Source: Paragordius varius (lineage: Eukaryota; Animalia; Nematomorpha). Taken from it: a stretch of DNA of 64,000 nucleotides. Position 1 is the stretch's first letter. The number at the start of each line of letters is the position of its first letter. The notes under the pieces were generated by a model. It was not told the origin of the DNA. It saw only the letters and a program-made list of their open reading frames with translations, and did not search any database. Below are positions 10,854 through 23,600 of the stretch, in pieces. The translations under genes and the position numbers were made by a program. The stretch covers positions 10,354,001-10,418,000 of the forward strand of contig OZ176051.1 in assembly GCA_964247055.1 (NCBI GenBank), given 5' to 3'.

Positions 10854-12914
10854 AATAATATATAAATGTGCGTAAAATTAGAAGAAATAATAATTTTTAA
10901 GGCATATCTTGTAATGATGTGTGCATTTTATTTTTTGGCCTTTTCCCAGTTAAAGACGACATGTGATAATGTCGCATATTTAATATAACATTTAAAGAAT
11001 AACACATATTTTTGTGTATTTACGACAATAGTTTATTCGAAAATGGCAAAGAAAGTTATACTACGTTCTCATTATCAAATTTTTAAGATTTATTATGAAT
11101 AATAATATTAATGTTTGTGGATACGTAATCAAATATTTTTAAACAACTCCGTAAAAACTTCATTTTAACCAGTGAACACGCGTGCCAGTACATGAGAATT
11201 TCTCATTTACATTCTTTAATGGAACTTTAAGCAAATAATATAAAATGCATTTTTAACCTGCTATATTAGGTAGTGGTGAAATTAGTATTGTTAGGCGACG
11301 ATGAATCAATTTGGCGAAATGCTTTTTTTTTGTAATACAAATCAATCACACATTATATTAATATATTGTTGAAAGAACTAATAAACGCGAAAAAATGTTA
11401 AAATTAAGAAACAGCAAAAAAACAAATAAACATAAAATGTTTTACATAATCCTGAATCAGAAAAAATTGCTTATGAAACACTTTTATTGAGAAACTGAGG
11501 AATCAAAAGCGCCGATCTCGGTACACTCTGCCGAGCCAAATAGCCTAAAACCCCAATTACGGTTAAAGATGCCGCCACTTGCCGAATGCGAATCGGTTTG
11601 GTTAACAATTTATAAAATACAGCCCATAATTCCACCAATAAATAGTTCTCAATCAATTAAGTTATTGCGCATTATAAACTATACTGAAAAATTAATCCTA
11701 AATTATCTCCTAACGCTAATTTGTTATAAAGTTGAATTAAGGTGGCAGGGTAAGAAAAGATATACACGGTATTGTACCAAGCTTAAAACAAGAAGTTAAC
11801 ACTATTTCACCTTGGGGTTTTTTTACATATGAGCTATTTTAAAGAGTGTTTAAGATATTGAGCCAAATTTATATTCTTTAGCCTTAACGCATGATATAAA
11901 ATAATTTTAAAATGTTAAAATGGATAAAAATCATAACTAAAAAATTTTCTGTGATTTTATGGTGGATTTTTTTAATAGCTGGCAGAAAAAAAAACAATCA
12001 TGGTTAAAAAATATGAATATTTAATTTAAAAAAGATTTGAGATCATTTAGAACAAATTGATATTAAATTTTAAATCAGATGTTTGTCAATCGGGTTCCCT
12101 TTCCATTTGAGTTTGTTTAAAGTCAGAAACCTGAAAAAAAAGCTTTAAAAGAGGAACAATGTTTATAGTTTAATTTTAAGTTTTGGCTAAAATGTAATCG
12201 TTTACTTAAAAAAACACAATGAAATAATTACAAAATGATTTAAATCCTATGTGGAAAAACCTCATATAAACCATCAAACTGGTTTCTTCACATATCAATA
12301 TTTTAAAAAAATCAAAAATCTTTTCTTAGATTATAGCTTTTATTTTTTTCCAAATTAGTAATTGGTCTTAAACCTAATTGATGGTTATTGGAATAGTCCT
12401 TAAGGAAACGGTTTTAAGGTAATTTAGCAACCTTATTTATTATAAAAACCCTAATATAAATTAGTTTTGATTACATTTTGAACCTTAAGTAGCAATTTAA
12501 TTTTAAAATTTTTATTAAAATGTTACGGATAAAATTTAATTTCTATTTACTATACACTTTGATCCAAATTTAAAAAGTATTAATGAAAATTTATTAGCTC
12601 TCTCCCCATTTTTGTCTTAGCCTTTAAAGTAGACAATAAAATAAGAAATACTGATTTTTTAATATTGTTATTTTATAAATAGGTGCAAATTATTAATTAT
12701 TAATATATCCAAATTTTATGAATTGTGTAACACAAAAAATAACATGAATATATTCTGATAAATAAATGTATCTGTATTTTTGGAGTAATTTTGGTTTTTG
12801 GCCTTAGAATGAAGTTTGTAAATTATTATTATTGTTAAGGTAACTATCCATATGAGAAAACGGTAAAACTTGCGTATTTGCTTAATAAAATTATTTTTGT
12901 CATGCACAAATAAA

Positions 12915-12921
<7 letters not shown>

Positions 12922-12960
<39 letters not shown>
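12922..12960. repeat. (TA)n microsatellite
   Basis: Pure TA run. Similar runs at ~13554-13602, 18332-18360, 18587-18650, 38078-38118 and 39175-39198. Confidence 0.95.
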
Positions 12961-12962
<2 letters not shown>

Positions 12963-13551
12963 TTTGGTCTGCGAAAGTCTGATTTTTTTTGGAACCCTTG
13001 ACAATGGTCAAGTTTTCTTCAACTAAATAATAAAATTTCGATATTGCGCAATGAATATTTACAATAATGCTAAATCTTGACGTCCTAAAAGTATTTTTCA
13101 AAAAAATCAATATTTTGCTTAAAGATTAAATTGGCAAAATTTTGGTGTGTTTATGGTAATTAGAGCATGAAGAAAACGGTATAAAAACATTCAAAATATA
13201 AAAACACGTTTTCTATAAATGTAGTTCAATTGTGGCCTCACGCGTCATTGCGAATTAAGTGTGGACCGTGAATAATTTTGACATTCGTAATTCGCTAAAA
13301 TATGCACACAAAATCTTAGCAAAATCGGTATCCATTTTAGAACTAGAAAAAATGCTCATTTCGCAATCAAATGTTAAATAATAAATATTAATGAATTTCT
13401 ATGTATACTTCGAATGCGGCCGAATCGGAGTCAATAATGCGGCGCGTGCCATTTGTGTTGGAAATTCATATTTGCTGATTTCCATCATCATAGATTTTTG
13501 ATTATAAAACTTATTAAAAAAATAATCGAGTCAAATGCATTTAATGCGACT

Positions 13552-13606
<55 letters not shown>

Positions 13607-15140
13607 AATTGTTTTTTACCCTTTCCACCATGCCTCGAGATACCTTCTCGGTTTAACAAAATCATAAGTTAAATTTTAAAATCATTTTTTTATATATATT
13701 TGATGTCAAAATTTAGGACATATTTTAAATATTAACTGCGCAATATCAGAGGTTTTGCGTTTCGTTTGGAAAATCTTGCTCAATTTATGCATGTCCGAAA
13801 ATTTCAGACTCTCGGAGCATCTATTTTTTTAAGAATATTGTTTTGCGTTTATAATACTATAAATGGTATTTCTTTGGAATGTAACAATATTTTCCCCCAA
13901 AAATTTTTATTTAGCAAATGTCCAAATTTGGCCCTTTTCTGACATAGACCAATTACTACAAAAGTAATAACAACTTTATAACACTCAGAAGGCCTAAAAC
14001 TAAGAGCACTGTGAAATTGAAAATATTTAGAGCATATATATTTAGAAAAATATATTTTTTATACCACGCGGCAGTCTATATGATATCAGGTTTTTATACT
14101 ATTTTCGCAACTAATACATGTATGGTTTCTGGTGCTAGAAAAGCGAATCTCTCGATCCAATCTTCAAATAAAAAAATGGGAATACAAAATCAATTCAATG
14201 GAGATATTTTTATAATTTATGCATCTTAATCAATAATATTTAAAAATATTTGTGAACATGATATTTTAATAAATTTCAAAGGATAATAGTAATATACCAT
14301 TTAGCATGGCTCTATGAATTTTTCGCACAATAACTTTAATTTGATAAATTTAAAGAAGTACAATAATGTTTTATTTTGGAAAATGATAGAAATTCTGATG
14401 TTATTGTACATTTATTTATCTCATATTTTTTGAGTAAATGGCTAATAGTTTTAAATATTAAATACTTGTGGAACTCTTACTTAGATTCAATTTATTTGTT
14501 TTGAAATCAATATTTAACTTCAAAAATAAATTTGTTTTATAACTAAATATAGTCATTTAATAATACTAGTTTTTACTAAAGCTACTGGTTTAAAACGGGC
14601 TTATATTTTTTAACACTTTATTACCTTTTCACATTTTGTACCGGTTAACATATGGGGTTTTAATCCCATAGCTAAATTTCGTAATCATACAACAGTTGTT
14701 ATAATTTAAGGTAAAAGTTAATTATCAAACAATTTTACATATATTAGAAAGCTTGTAAATAGTGACACCTCCAAAACCCGATTGAAACAAACAGCTGATA
14801 TTAAAATATATCAAGTTTTCTGGCAAAATGTAGCCTGATTAAAGTATTATTTTACACTTTCTAAACATAATATAGATTTATATGCCTGTAGTATTAGCGA
14901 TTAAGAGATTTATAAATAAAAAAGCGCCGCAAAATATTTTAGGTAAGAATTTTTTTATCAATTTCACGTTTAGAAATTTTTTTGTAAAATGAGCCTGAAG
15001 GCTAAAAAAGCATATTTTAACTCGGCTACCTTAAATTATTTTTTAATTTGAAACTCGCGGATTTAAAACTACAAAAGTTAATAAGGTCGTAAAATACATC
15101 ATTCAAGGGTAAAATAAAATTTTTTACTATATAACATTAG

Positions 15141-18100
15141 ATCAACTTTATCAAAATAGGTGGCAAGCGATGCTAGAACTTGATACCTCCAATGATTTGT
15201 TAATAGCTCAATTGTTACAACAAGATTATGAAGATAATTTTAATCATGAATTAAGGCTGCGAGAAAAGGTACAAAATCATGGTAGCAAAGGTATTAGCAA
15301 TTATAAATATAGTAAAAATTTCGTTGGATAAGTTAAAATATCCCGTTCCAGAAACTGACTGTGTATCCGACAGCGATCATTCTGTTTTTTCCGAAGATAG
15401 CAACGAATATGCAATTAAAAGTTTTTGTGAATTTTATTATGTAGAATCCCCGAATTCCACAAAACATGATCTGATTGTATCCGGATACAAAAATGCTAGT
15501 AAATTTATGAAGGCACCAATAAGTATTGATACTGGAGATTGTCAAAGTGCTGGAATGAAACTTTCAAATCATGTTTATAACAATTTAGCTAAAAATTGTA
15601 TTAAAATAGATAAAAGACGTAATCGGATTCACGAAAATAAAGAGACATCTATAGCTGTGAGTAAATTTTAAATTAAATTATTAACAAAAATATTTGGGTA
15701 TAATACAGGATCTTATATAACTCATTATTTATAATGTTTTACTAAAATGTTAAATTGGAATAGAATAATATAAAGCCATTTGCCAACCATGATCATAAGT
15801 TATAGATTGGATAAGTTTAATAAACACTAGGCCACACACAATTTTTATATCAGAATATTTATGAGATTTTATCATTCTTAAATATTTTTTATAGTATTTA
15901 ATGGTCATAGCACAAAATACAATCGATTTTTCTTGGGGACATTTTTTGTCAGACCTTGCGAAATAAATATTTGTGCCATTTTGTGCATCATTTGTTTGAT
16001 ACATGAGTGTTTAACACAAATATTTTTGCGGCTCCTTTGATAATTTTAGTTTTGGATTCATTTTAACCCAATTTTGAATGATATATCTGCCATATCCTAA
16101 ATTTTTAATATTACCCTTTTCAAAGCACTTTATCGAAAAAAGCGAGTTGGACATCCCTAGTTGAATAACTATGCACAGGAATTACAAATGTTTAAACTTT
16201 TTCATGCACCAATATAATTCAAAATATAACTGCTTACACGTCTACACTTTCATTTTTTATATGTGATGACCTTTGGGGTAGTTTTTTACCCTAGAACTCA
16301 AAGTAGAAAACAAACTATTGTTTTGGAAGTTGTTTTGGTTAAAATTTAATTATTGAACCCTATTCTTCCGTAATAAAAAAGTAATATTAGTTTTTTAATT
16401 TTTATTGAATCTCATGTCCCTAATTTAGAGAGCTAAGATGTAAACGACCAGCTAATATTTATATTTATAAATATCAAAAATTTATTAATAAATTGTGTTT
16501 TAAATGCTTTGAAAAGTTTATAATTTTAAATTTTCATATACAATTATTTGCCTGTTATATACGATATTTGATGATTATTTTTGCCAATTTTTTCATTAAA
16601 AATTTTTTTTGATATTATTCGCCTAAAAGGCTAAAGATAACCCCAAAAGGTCATGAGCCGTAAAGATGATAAATAAGACAAATTTCGATTTTCCGATCAT
16701 TGATTATTTTATTATTTTTCCAAAAAATAACAAACAAATAATAATTCCGTAAAAATACACGTTTTTAGGATTGCGATTGCCGTTTTCACTAAATATTATA
16801 TTATGAAGATTGCGCGAAGTGCTTTTCTTTTTTCACGAATTTTTCTAAAATATTAGAAAATTTAATAAAAATTACAAGCCTTATATCATATGTGTATAGG
16901 AACATTCCATGGATGCTAAAACGCGACTCCTCCTGTACAAAATGATTAATAAAGGTTTACTGGTTCAAGTCAATGGCTGTATTAGTTCTGGCAAAGAGGC
17001 TTGCATTTTCCATGCCGAATTAAATCCATTCTACAATGACCAAGATGAATCTGAACTTGAACCGAATCAATTGGAATCATCAGATGAAAATGAAAATAAT
17101 CAAACTCAAAATTTAAATATGGAATTGTCTCAAAACGAGAATTCTGTCCAAGATTCTAAGGAATTGAACTTTGAAGTTTCTTCTGAAGATAGTAACGAAA
17201 AACATGAGAAAAGAGTGTCTTTTAACCCTGTAACCCAAGTACAACTAATTGAAAAAGTTTCACCTGAATATAATGACAAAGAGAAGGGTTTAGTCAATGA
17301 ATGTGCCATAAAAATTTATAAAACTGTCCTGACTGATTTTAAAAATCGCCAAGAATATATGATGGGTGATCATAAATTTTCAGCGCATAAAACAAAGGTT
17401 CATCTAAGCTCACAGAAATTGGTGCAAAATTGGGCCGAAAAAGAGACCAGTAACTTAAGGAAGTAATCACATGTTGTCATTGTAAAAAAATTTGATAATT
17501 ATTTATAAAAATTATTTTTATTTTTATTGATTTTCACTAAATTGTGGTATTACTTTAACTTTAATTAAATATAAAATAAGCCATTTATTTTAAGCATTCT
17601 AATTTTGTTTTTACTTTTGATTTTTAAAAATTAAACCAAATCATTCCATTAACTCCGTTCTCTTTTCGCTATTGCTAATAGCTAAAATACCAATTTAACA
17701 TAAAAAAACACTTAACAGAATGAAAAGATATGGCCTTCCTGTACCCGAGGTTATAGCATTACAAAAGCACGTCTTAGTCATGACGTTTATTGGGAAAGAA
17801 GGGATACCAGCCCCCAAACTTAAAGATAGCAATTTATCCCATGATCAACTTCTAATTGCGTATGAACAAATTATTAAAGTAGGTTTTTTTTGGTCTAAAA
17901 TAAATAATTTTGGTACAATAAAATATATCTATTAATAAATTTTTGACAAAATTGAGTTTGAGTTTATATTACAGCCTTATGAATTTTTTATGTTTAAAAT
18001 TCTTTATCAAATTCAAACACCACGAATAATTATGATTTTAATGAGGGAAAAAAACTTATAATTTAATGAGATGTAAAATTAGCTTTTATGCGTAAGTGAA

Positions 18101-18329
18101 TTAATTTTTAATTATTTTTTTGTCTCATATTTAGTATGCACTTAATGGTTTCTTACATAGTAGGGCAATATGCAACACGGTAGTTTAATGAAAAAAGAAA
18201 GAGAAAATTGGTTAATTTAACATTTTCTTATTTTTTCCCATACATTACTGTGTTGCAAACAGCCTTAATATGTCTGAAATAAGCAACCATTAAAATGCAT
18301 ACTTTAATATGACTTTTTAACCGTTTTTG

Positions 18330-18364
<35 letters not shown>

Positions 18365-18583
18365 CTTATATATTATTTTATATATTTTCACAAAATAAAC
18401 TTTGTAGATTATGAAAAAGTTATTTAATCGATGTCATCTGGTACATGCCGATTTAAGTGCTTACAATATTTTATGGCACGAAAATCAATGCTTCATCATA
18501 GATGTGGGCCAATCTGTATCCCTATATCACCCAAAAGCTTTAGAATTTCTGTACCGAGATTGTGTAAATATTGTTCAGGTAAA

Positions 18584-18652
<69 letters not shown>

Positions 18653-20384
18653 GTTTACAGTTTAAATTCACCCTTGAACAAAATTCAAATTCACCCTAAA
18701 AATAAATTGTGTGTTTTCGAACCAATATAACTCATGATTAATATAAAATATATCTTTATGGCTTAGTTTATTGATTTTTTAGTATAATTTAAATTTAAAA
18801 CATAATTTTATTTTTTAAAAATAAATAAAAATAAAGGTTATTTTTAATCCTAAAAAACATATAATTTATTTGAGGGTGAATTTTAATTGTTCAAGGGTAA
18901 TTTTGAATTGTAAATGGTATATATATGATTTTGATGTCATATTGATACATATGCTTAAACTAAATATTTTCTTCTTTAAAAAATATTTATCTCAAAATGT
19001 TATTTTTTGAAATTTATCTTGTAATTCTAGCTTTATTTTTGATTATAATATTCTTTGTCGCTTACGGTATCTAATTAATTTCAAAATATTTCCCAAAATG
19101 ATTATTAACTGTCAATGCTAAAATTAAAATTATTTTTTATTGCTTATATATATATTTTAATTATAACTTTTTAGTTTTTTGAAAAAGCCAAATTGGAACA
19201 AGTTCACACACCAACTCAACTTTTTAACGCAATTACCGGATTTAACCTAGCGGATGATGGAAGTGTGGATTTTATACATCAAGTAAAAATATATTTTACA
19301 ATAGTGTGCATATTATATTTGTAATTAGTATTTTTATACTTTCGATATATTTAACAATTTATCACTTTTTGGGCTAGGTTTATATCTCAGACCTATTTAA
19401 TATTTAACTATTTTAAAAAGTATCAAGTTGTCTCTACCCTTAGTATCATCCTTTCAATGTTTTCGAAAATATAAAACCTAAAAAAATCTTTACAAGCTTT
19501 TTCGCCGCCATTTTTTATTTTGGATTTCTTATGATCGCTAACACAATAGGCAATAAATCTATAATGATTAAAAATATTAACTTTATAAATTTTTCAGGCT
19601 GCATTTATTTATTAATTTATAAATCAACTGTTTTGGAGCTGTCCGAATTTGCGACTTTAAAAGTTAAGATTTAATACTGCGCAGGATTTGATAATTAAGT
19701 TTTAACACAAACAATTTAAAATGGCTCTTTATTTGCGAGTTTAAGTTTCTAGGACAGGGCTGGCCAATGCGTGGCCTGCGAAAAATTTGGAATCCATAAT
19801 TTGCAAAAAAATGCTTATAAAATCTTCGTAAAATTGATAATTCTTAAATTTTTTCAAAATAAGTCTATTCAAATGGCACGAACGAAAAATTGTTTTATTC
19901 CGTTTTCATTTGCAGTTTTATGTTTGAAATCTAATATATTATATGTGAATGCCCATATATATTTCAAATGCCGCTTGACAAATTTTTTGAGCTAAATATG
20001 CGGCCCGCAAAGCCATTAGTGTTGGACACCCCTGTTCAAGGATATATTGCATCAAAAAATAATCGTCTAAAGAAAAAATAATGAAGTGTTGATATTTGTG
20101 AAACATACAAACGCTGGCTCCAAGATGTACATTTTTAGATATTTATTAATTACAAAATTTCTATAATTTATTAAGATACGTTTTTAAAGGCAATTAAAAG
20201 ATAAATTAAATAATAAATCTTATCCGTATTTAACTATATATAAAATGTACCAATATATAATCATTTTTTATAGATTAGAAAATTTGCTAAACACGATTTA
20301 TATAAACGGCTTATTTGTTTGGATGAATGCAACAATGAATCATTTGAATACTTAATGGACCGATTATCAGTTTCTAGCGAATAA
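15141..20384 (+). CDS. RIOK3: RIO kinase 3 (multi-exon; 5'-most exon(s) not resolved)
   Basis: Exons ~15141-15290, 15313-15656, 16900-17462, 17719-17878, 18408-18578, 19175-19282 and 20274-20384, all phase-consistent. Motifs DTSNDLLIAQLLQ, TKHDLIVSGYKN, KLSNHVYN, DAKTRLLLYKM, ISSGKEA, ECAIKIYKT, WAEKE, LVHADLSAYN, IIDVGQSV. Confidence 0.92.
16266..16654. mobile_element. Possible MITE relic in RIOK3 intron
   Basis: Terminal inverted ATGACCTTTGGGGTA / TAACCCCAAAAGGTCAT. No clear TSD. Confidence 0.4.
18651..18917. mobile_element. CCATTTACAATT-type MITE (TA-flanked, 21-bp subterminal repeats)
   Basis: TIR CCGTTTACAGTT...AATTGTAAATGG with AATTCAAATTCACCC subrepeats. Inserted in a TA run. Confidence 0.8.
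19755..20034. mobile_element. hAT/Buster-type MITE (280 bp) in the last RIOK3 intron
   Basis: TIRs CAGGGCTGGCCAA / CAGGGGTGTCCAA. 8-bp TSD TTCTAGGA / TTCAAGGA (1 mismatch). GCGGCCCGC subterminal motif. Confidence 0.8.
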
Positions 20385-20662
20385 ATATAAAAATTTACAT
20401 AGCGCAAATATAATTGATATTTTATTTTATAAATTATTATAGCTTAATTTCAAATTTCTTCTAATTATTTTATCATTACACTTATGCTATTTGAAATTGA
20501 ATATATATATTATAGTCTATTAATGATAAAGCAAACGGAGCTTGTCATCAAATAAATTAATTATATATTTTATGGGCAAATTTATTTTTTTTATCTATTT
20601 TAAGATCATGGCCAGAAAAAAACCGAATAATATAATATTATTAAAAATTTTGTTGCGTTAAT

Positions 20663-23600
20663 TTAACGGCTATTCCAATCATTTTTTTCACGCATTTCAG
20701 CCATCACCTCTTCAATAAATGGTTGCAAATAATGTGTATCCTAGTTATATCAAAATATAAATATTATAATTCATTAATAAATTATTCGTAAATGTTTAAG
20801 ATTTGGGGTAATTGATCAAACTAGTGAAAATGTTTAGTGATATAAAATTTAGATATTAAATGAATATAATGCATAGCAAGATCAGCACTTCATTTTATTA
20901 ATATATTCCAATTAGCAAAAAGATTTCAAAAGTTATTTATGACATTAATTTTTATTAATTTAGATATATAAATTTTATGGCCATTTACAAATATCAATGA
21001 TATTATCGATGTGTTTGTCGCTTTGTGCTTTGTTTTTTTAGTAAATATCTCATAAAATTACTAAATATGATTAACCTCTATTGTTGAAAAATTAAAATTT
21101 TTGGATATTAATACCAAACTTTGTGATATTTGTGTAAATTGACTTTTTTTAGCTCTTTTGTGAGAAAAACCTTTTAGTGTCACAATTTTTCACAAAAATA
21201 AATACAGCTCTAACTGTAATAAAAGTCAAAAAAATAAAAGATAAATTTTTCACTAACAATTAAATATTTAAGAATTATAATATATATGCAAGATGTAGCC
21301 ATATTTACCGGTTTAATGAATATAGTAATTTTAAAAAATGAATTATTTATTTTCTTCAAAATATTGTCCATCGGCTTCTACACATTTCACCCATCTTTCA
21401 AGTATATGAATGCCATGCCCGAAAAATTGATTGTTTTTTTAACGTCTTTTAATTATTGACCTGCTCTGGGTGCAAGTATCTTATTTATGCAGAGGAAATA
21501 GTCCTATTTTCATATTGGTTTTTAAAGTTTTTTTCACTAGTTTTTCTGTGAGATAAGGAAAATGTCATATTACAATACTTTTCGATGCCTTCTGGCTTTT
21601 TCAGATCGTTTTTCGATTAATGCATGGTTTAATACAATCATTATTGGCGATAGCGTTGTGAGTTAATGGTCGTTTCAAAAATAATGCACAATACCGTTCT
21701 GATACTACCAGATATAGAACAGTCTTATTACGAAAACAATTTGGCCTTGGTCTTAATGGCTAGATTTGGATTGAAAGACACGCTAATTTCGCCTTGGATC
21801 AAAACAAACCCACTTCTCAATGCCACTCACAATTTAAGGCAAATATATTCTTCCTAAGTAAGGTTAAAACATATTTCACAAATTGCGATTTTCTTTTAAA
21901 GTTCATAAAACTAAGTTGATCATCCAATAACTCATGCGTCGTCTTTGTATGTGAGTGGCCTACAAAGGCGTTCGCGCTCTTTATATCGCAAAAACTTTTA
22001 GATTTTTGAATGTTTCGCTTGTTTCAATCAATGGAGCATCATCATGCATCTTACAAGCTAACAATTATGATTTTTTTCTGGTGGAATAAGAAAAGTCATG
22101 TGTGCCCAAAATGTTCTTTTTAAGGCATAAAATCCGACATGATCACTGTATAATAAAAATAACACGCTACCTTTTTGGGGGCTCAACTCGTGGCGGTTCT
22201 TTAAATGACGGATGAAAAAATGTGATTTGTGTCAAATTAATCATCTGCTTATTTAATGTAACAGGTAAGGAGTTATGGTCACTGAAAAAACATTGAATTG
22301 TAAAAGGTTTAGCATAATAGCCGCTTTCGCTTTTTTCCCATGTATTATTATGGTAACATTTGTGTGCTTATTTTTACAAATTTTAATACTAGTTGGAAAA
22401 AAATTTGTATTTAAAAATGTGCACTAAATAATTGTGCACCGTGTACAGTACAAATAATTGACTTGCTGTTGAAAAAATTTTTTGATAGATCATTTATGTA
22501 TAAAAATTTAGTAATTTATGTTTTATATAAAAATAATTTTTTGGAATACACTCAGACATGGCTGCGCCTACTCCTAATTCCTATCTTGTTCACTGTAGAT
22601 TTTATGTTGATTAAAAATATGCTCGACAGAACCTAAATAGATTATTAGGAGACAACAACAAACCATAAACACCCGATTTAAAATTACAAATGGTATAAAG
22701 TAGAAAGATGCCAAACTTAAATTATTCAACTTATTCAGGTATTTGGAAAAGGGTGTGACAGGCATGGTTCCAACCGCCACTGTCCACACAGGACAACCCT
22801 TACCGCCTTCCTGCGCTTTTACACGCTTCAGGGCAGGGGGAGGCCACTTTTTTGTTGGGTGCTTCTAAGGGTATATAGTGCATAACATGTAATGCAACAG
22901 ATAAATTAAAAGTGATAGTAATATTAAATTATATGCAATTAACCCCCTATCAAAGTATTTAAGGTTACAGTCAACCACAAACTATCCCCCACCGGATCCG
23001 CCCTTTTTGCAGATAATCTTTGAAGGCGCACTCGCTTCGACGCTGGCGTTTGGCGTAATGATGGAGTCTCTTCTCTTCCTTTAATAATTCTTTCTTAATT
23101 TGAGTGCATCTATTTTTTCTAGGGTGACAATGTCTCCGCAAGGTCCACACGCTGTAGAAAAACACACATACGTACATGCCATGTTTTTTTGTATTTCCAG
23201 CGGGCATCTAGTTAAGATTCCAGAGCTGCCTTGAGCGGGCTCATTCCATTATGGCACAGCTGATGGGCTACCACATTCAGACTCAGTATTCCTAGCACGA
23301 GAGACAAGATATTCCCGAATGGATCTAGATCATTCAAAAATTCGGCATACTCCAAGATATCATGAGGGCCGTAGGCGCTAATATGCGTATAATATTTAGT
23401 GCAGATTTTTATTTGAAGCTCGGCCAATCTATGGGAATGCGGCACAAAGTTAATAACCCGTCGCAGAATATTGCGCCTTACCAAGAATCCGACACCTCCA
23501 GACATACCATTTGCTTTGCCGATGAAGAGGGTGAAGTGTTGACCAAATTTTTGGCGATCATCGAGGGTTCTACGAGTTTCCTGAAAGCAAAGCTGAAGGG

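Noticed and set aside
11471-13480. Possible small minus-strand gene (GC-enriched patches at 11470-11660, 12720-13110 and 13240-13480; faint TMEM14-like wording)
   Set aside because: No consistent splice model or convincing homology could be built by eye. RNA-seq or tBLASTn is needed.
13600-15140. 5' exon(s) of RIOK3
   Set aside because: The expected PW...SLADVMSEQL-like segment was not found, so the start codon is left uncalled.
18411-18730. ORF extensions with IYIYIY repeats
   Set aside because: Read-through into an intronic (TA)n microsatellite after the GT donor at 18579.
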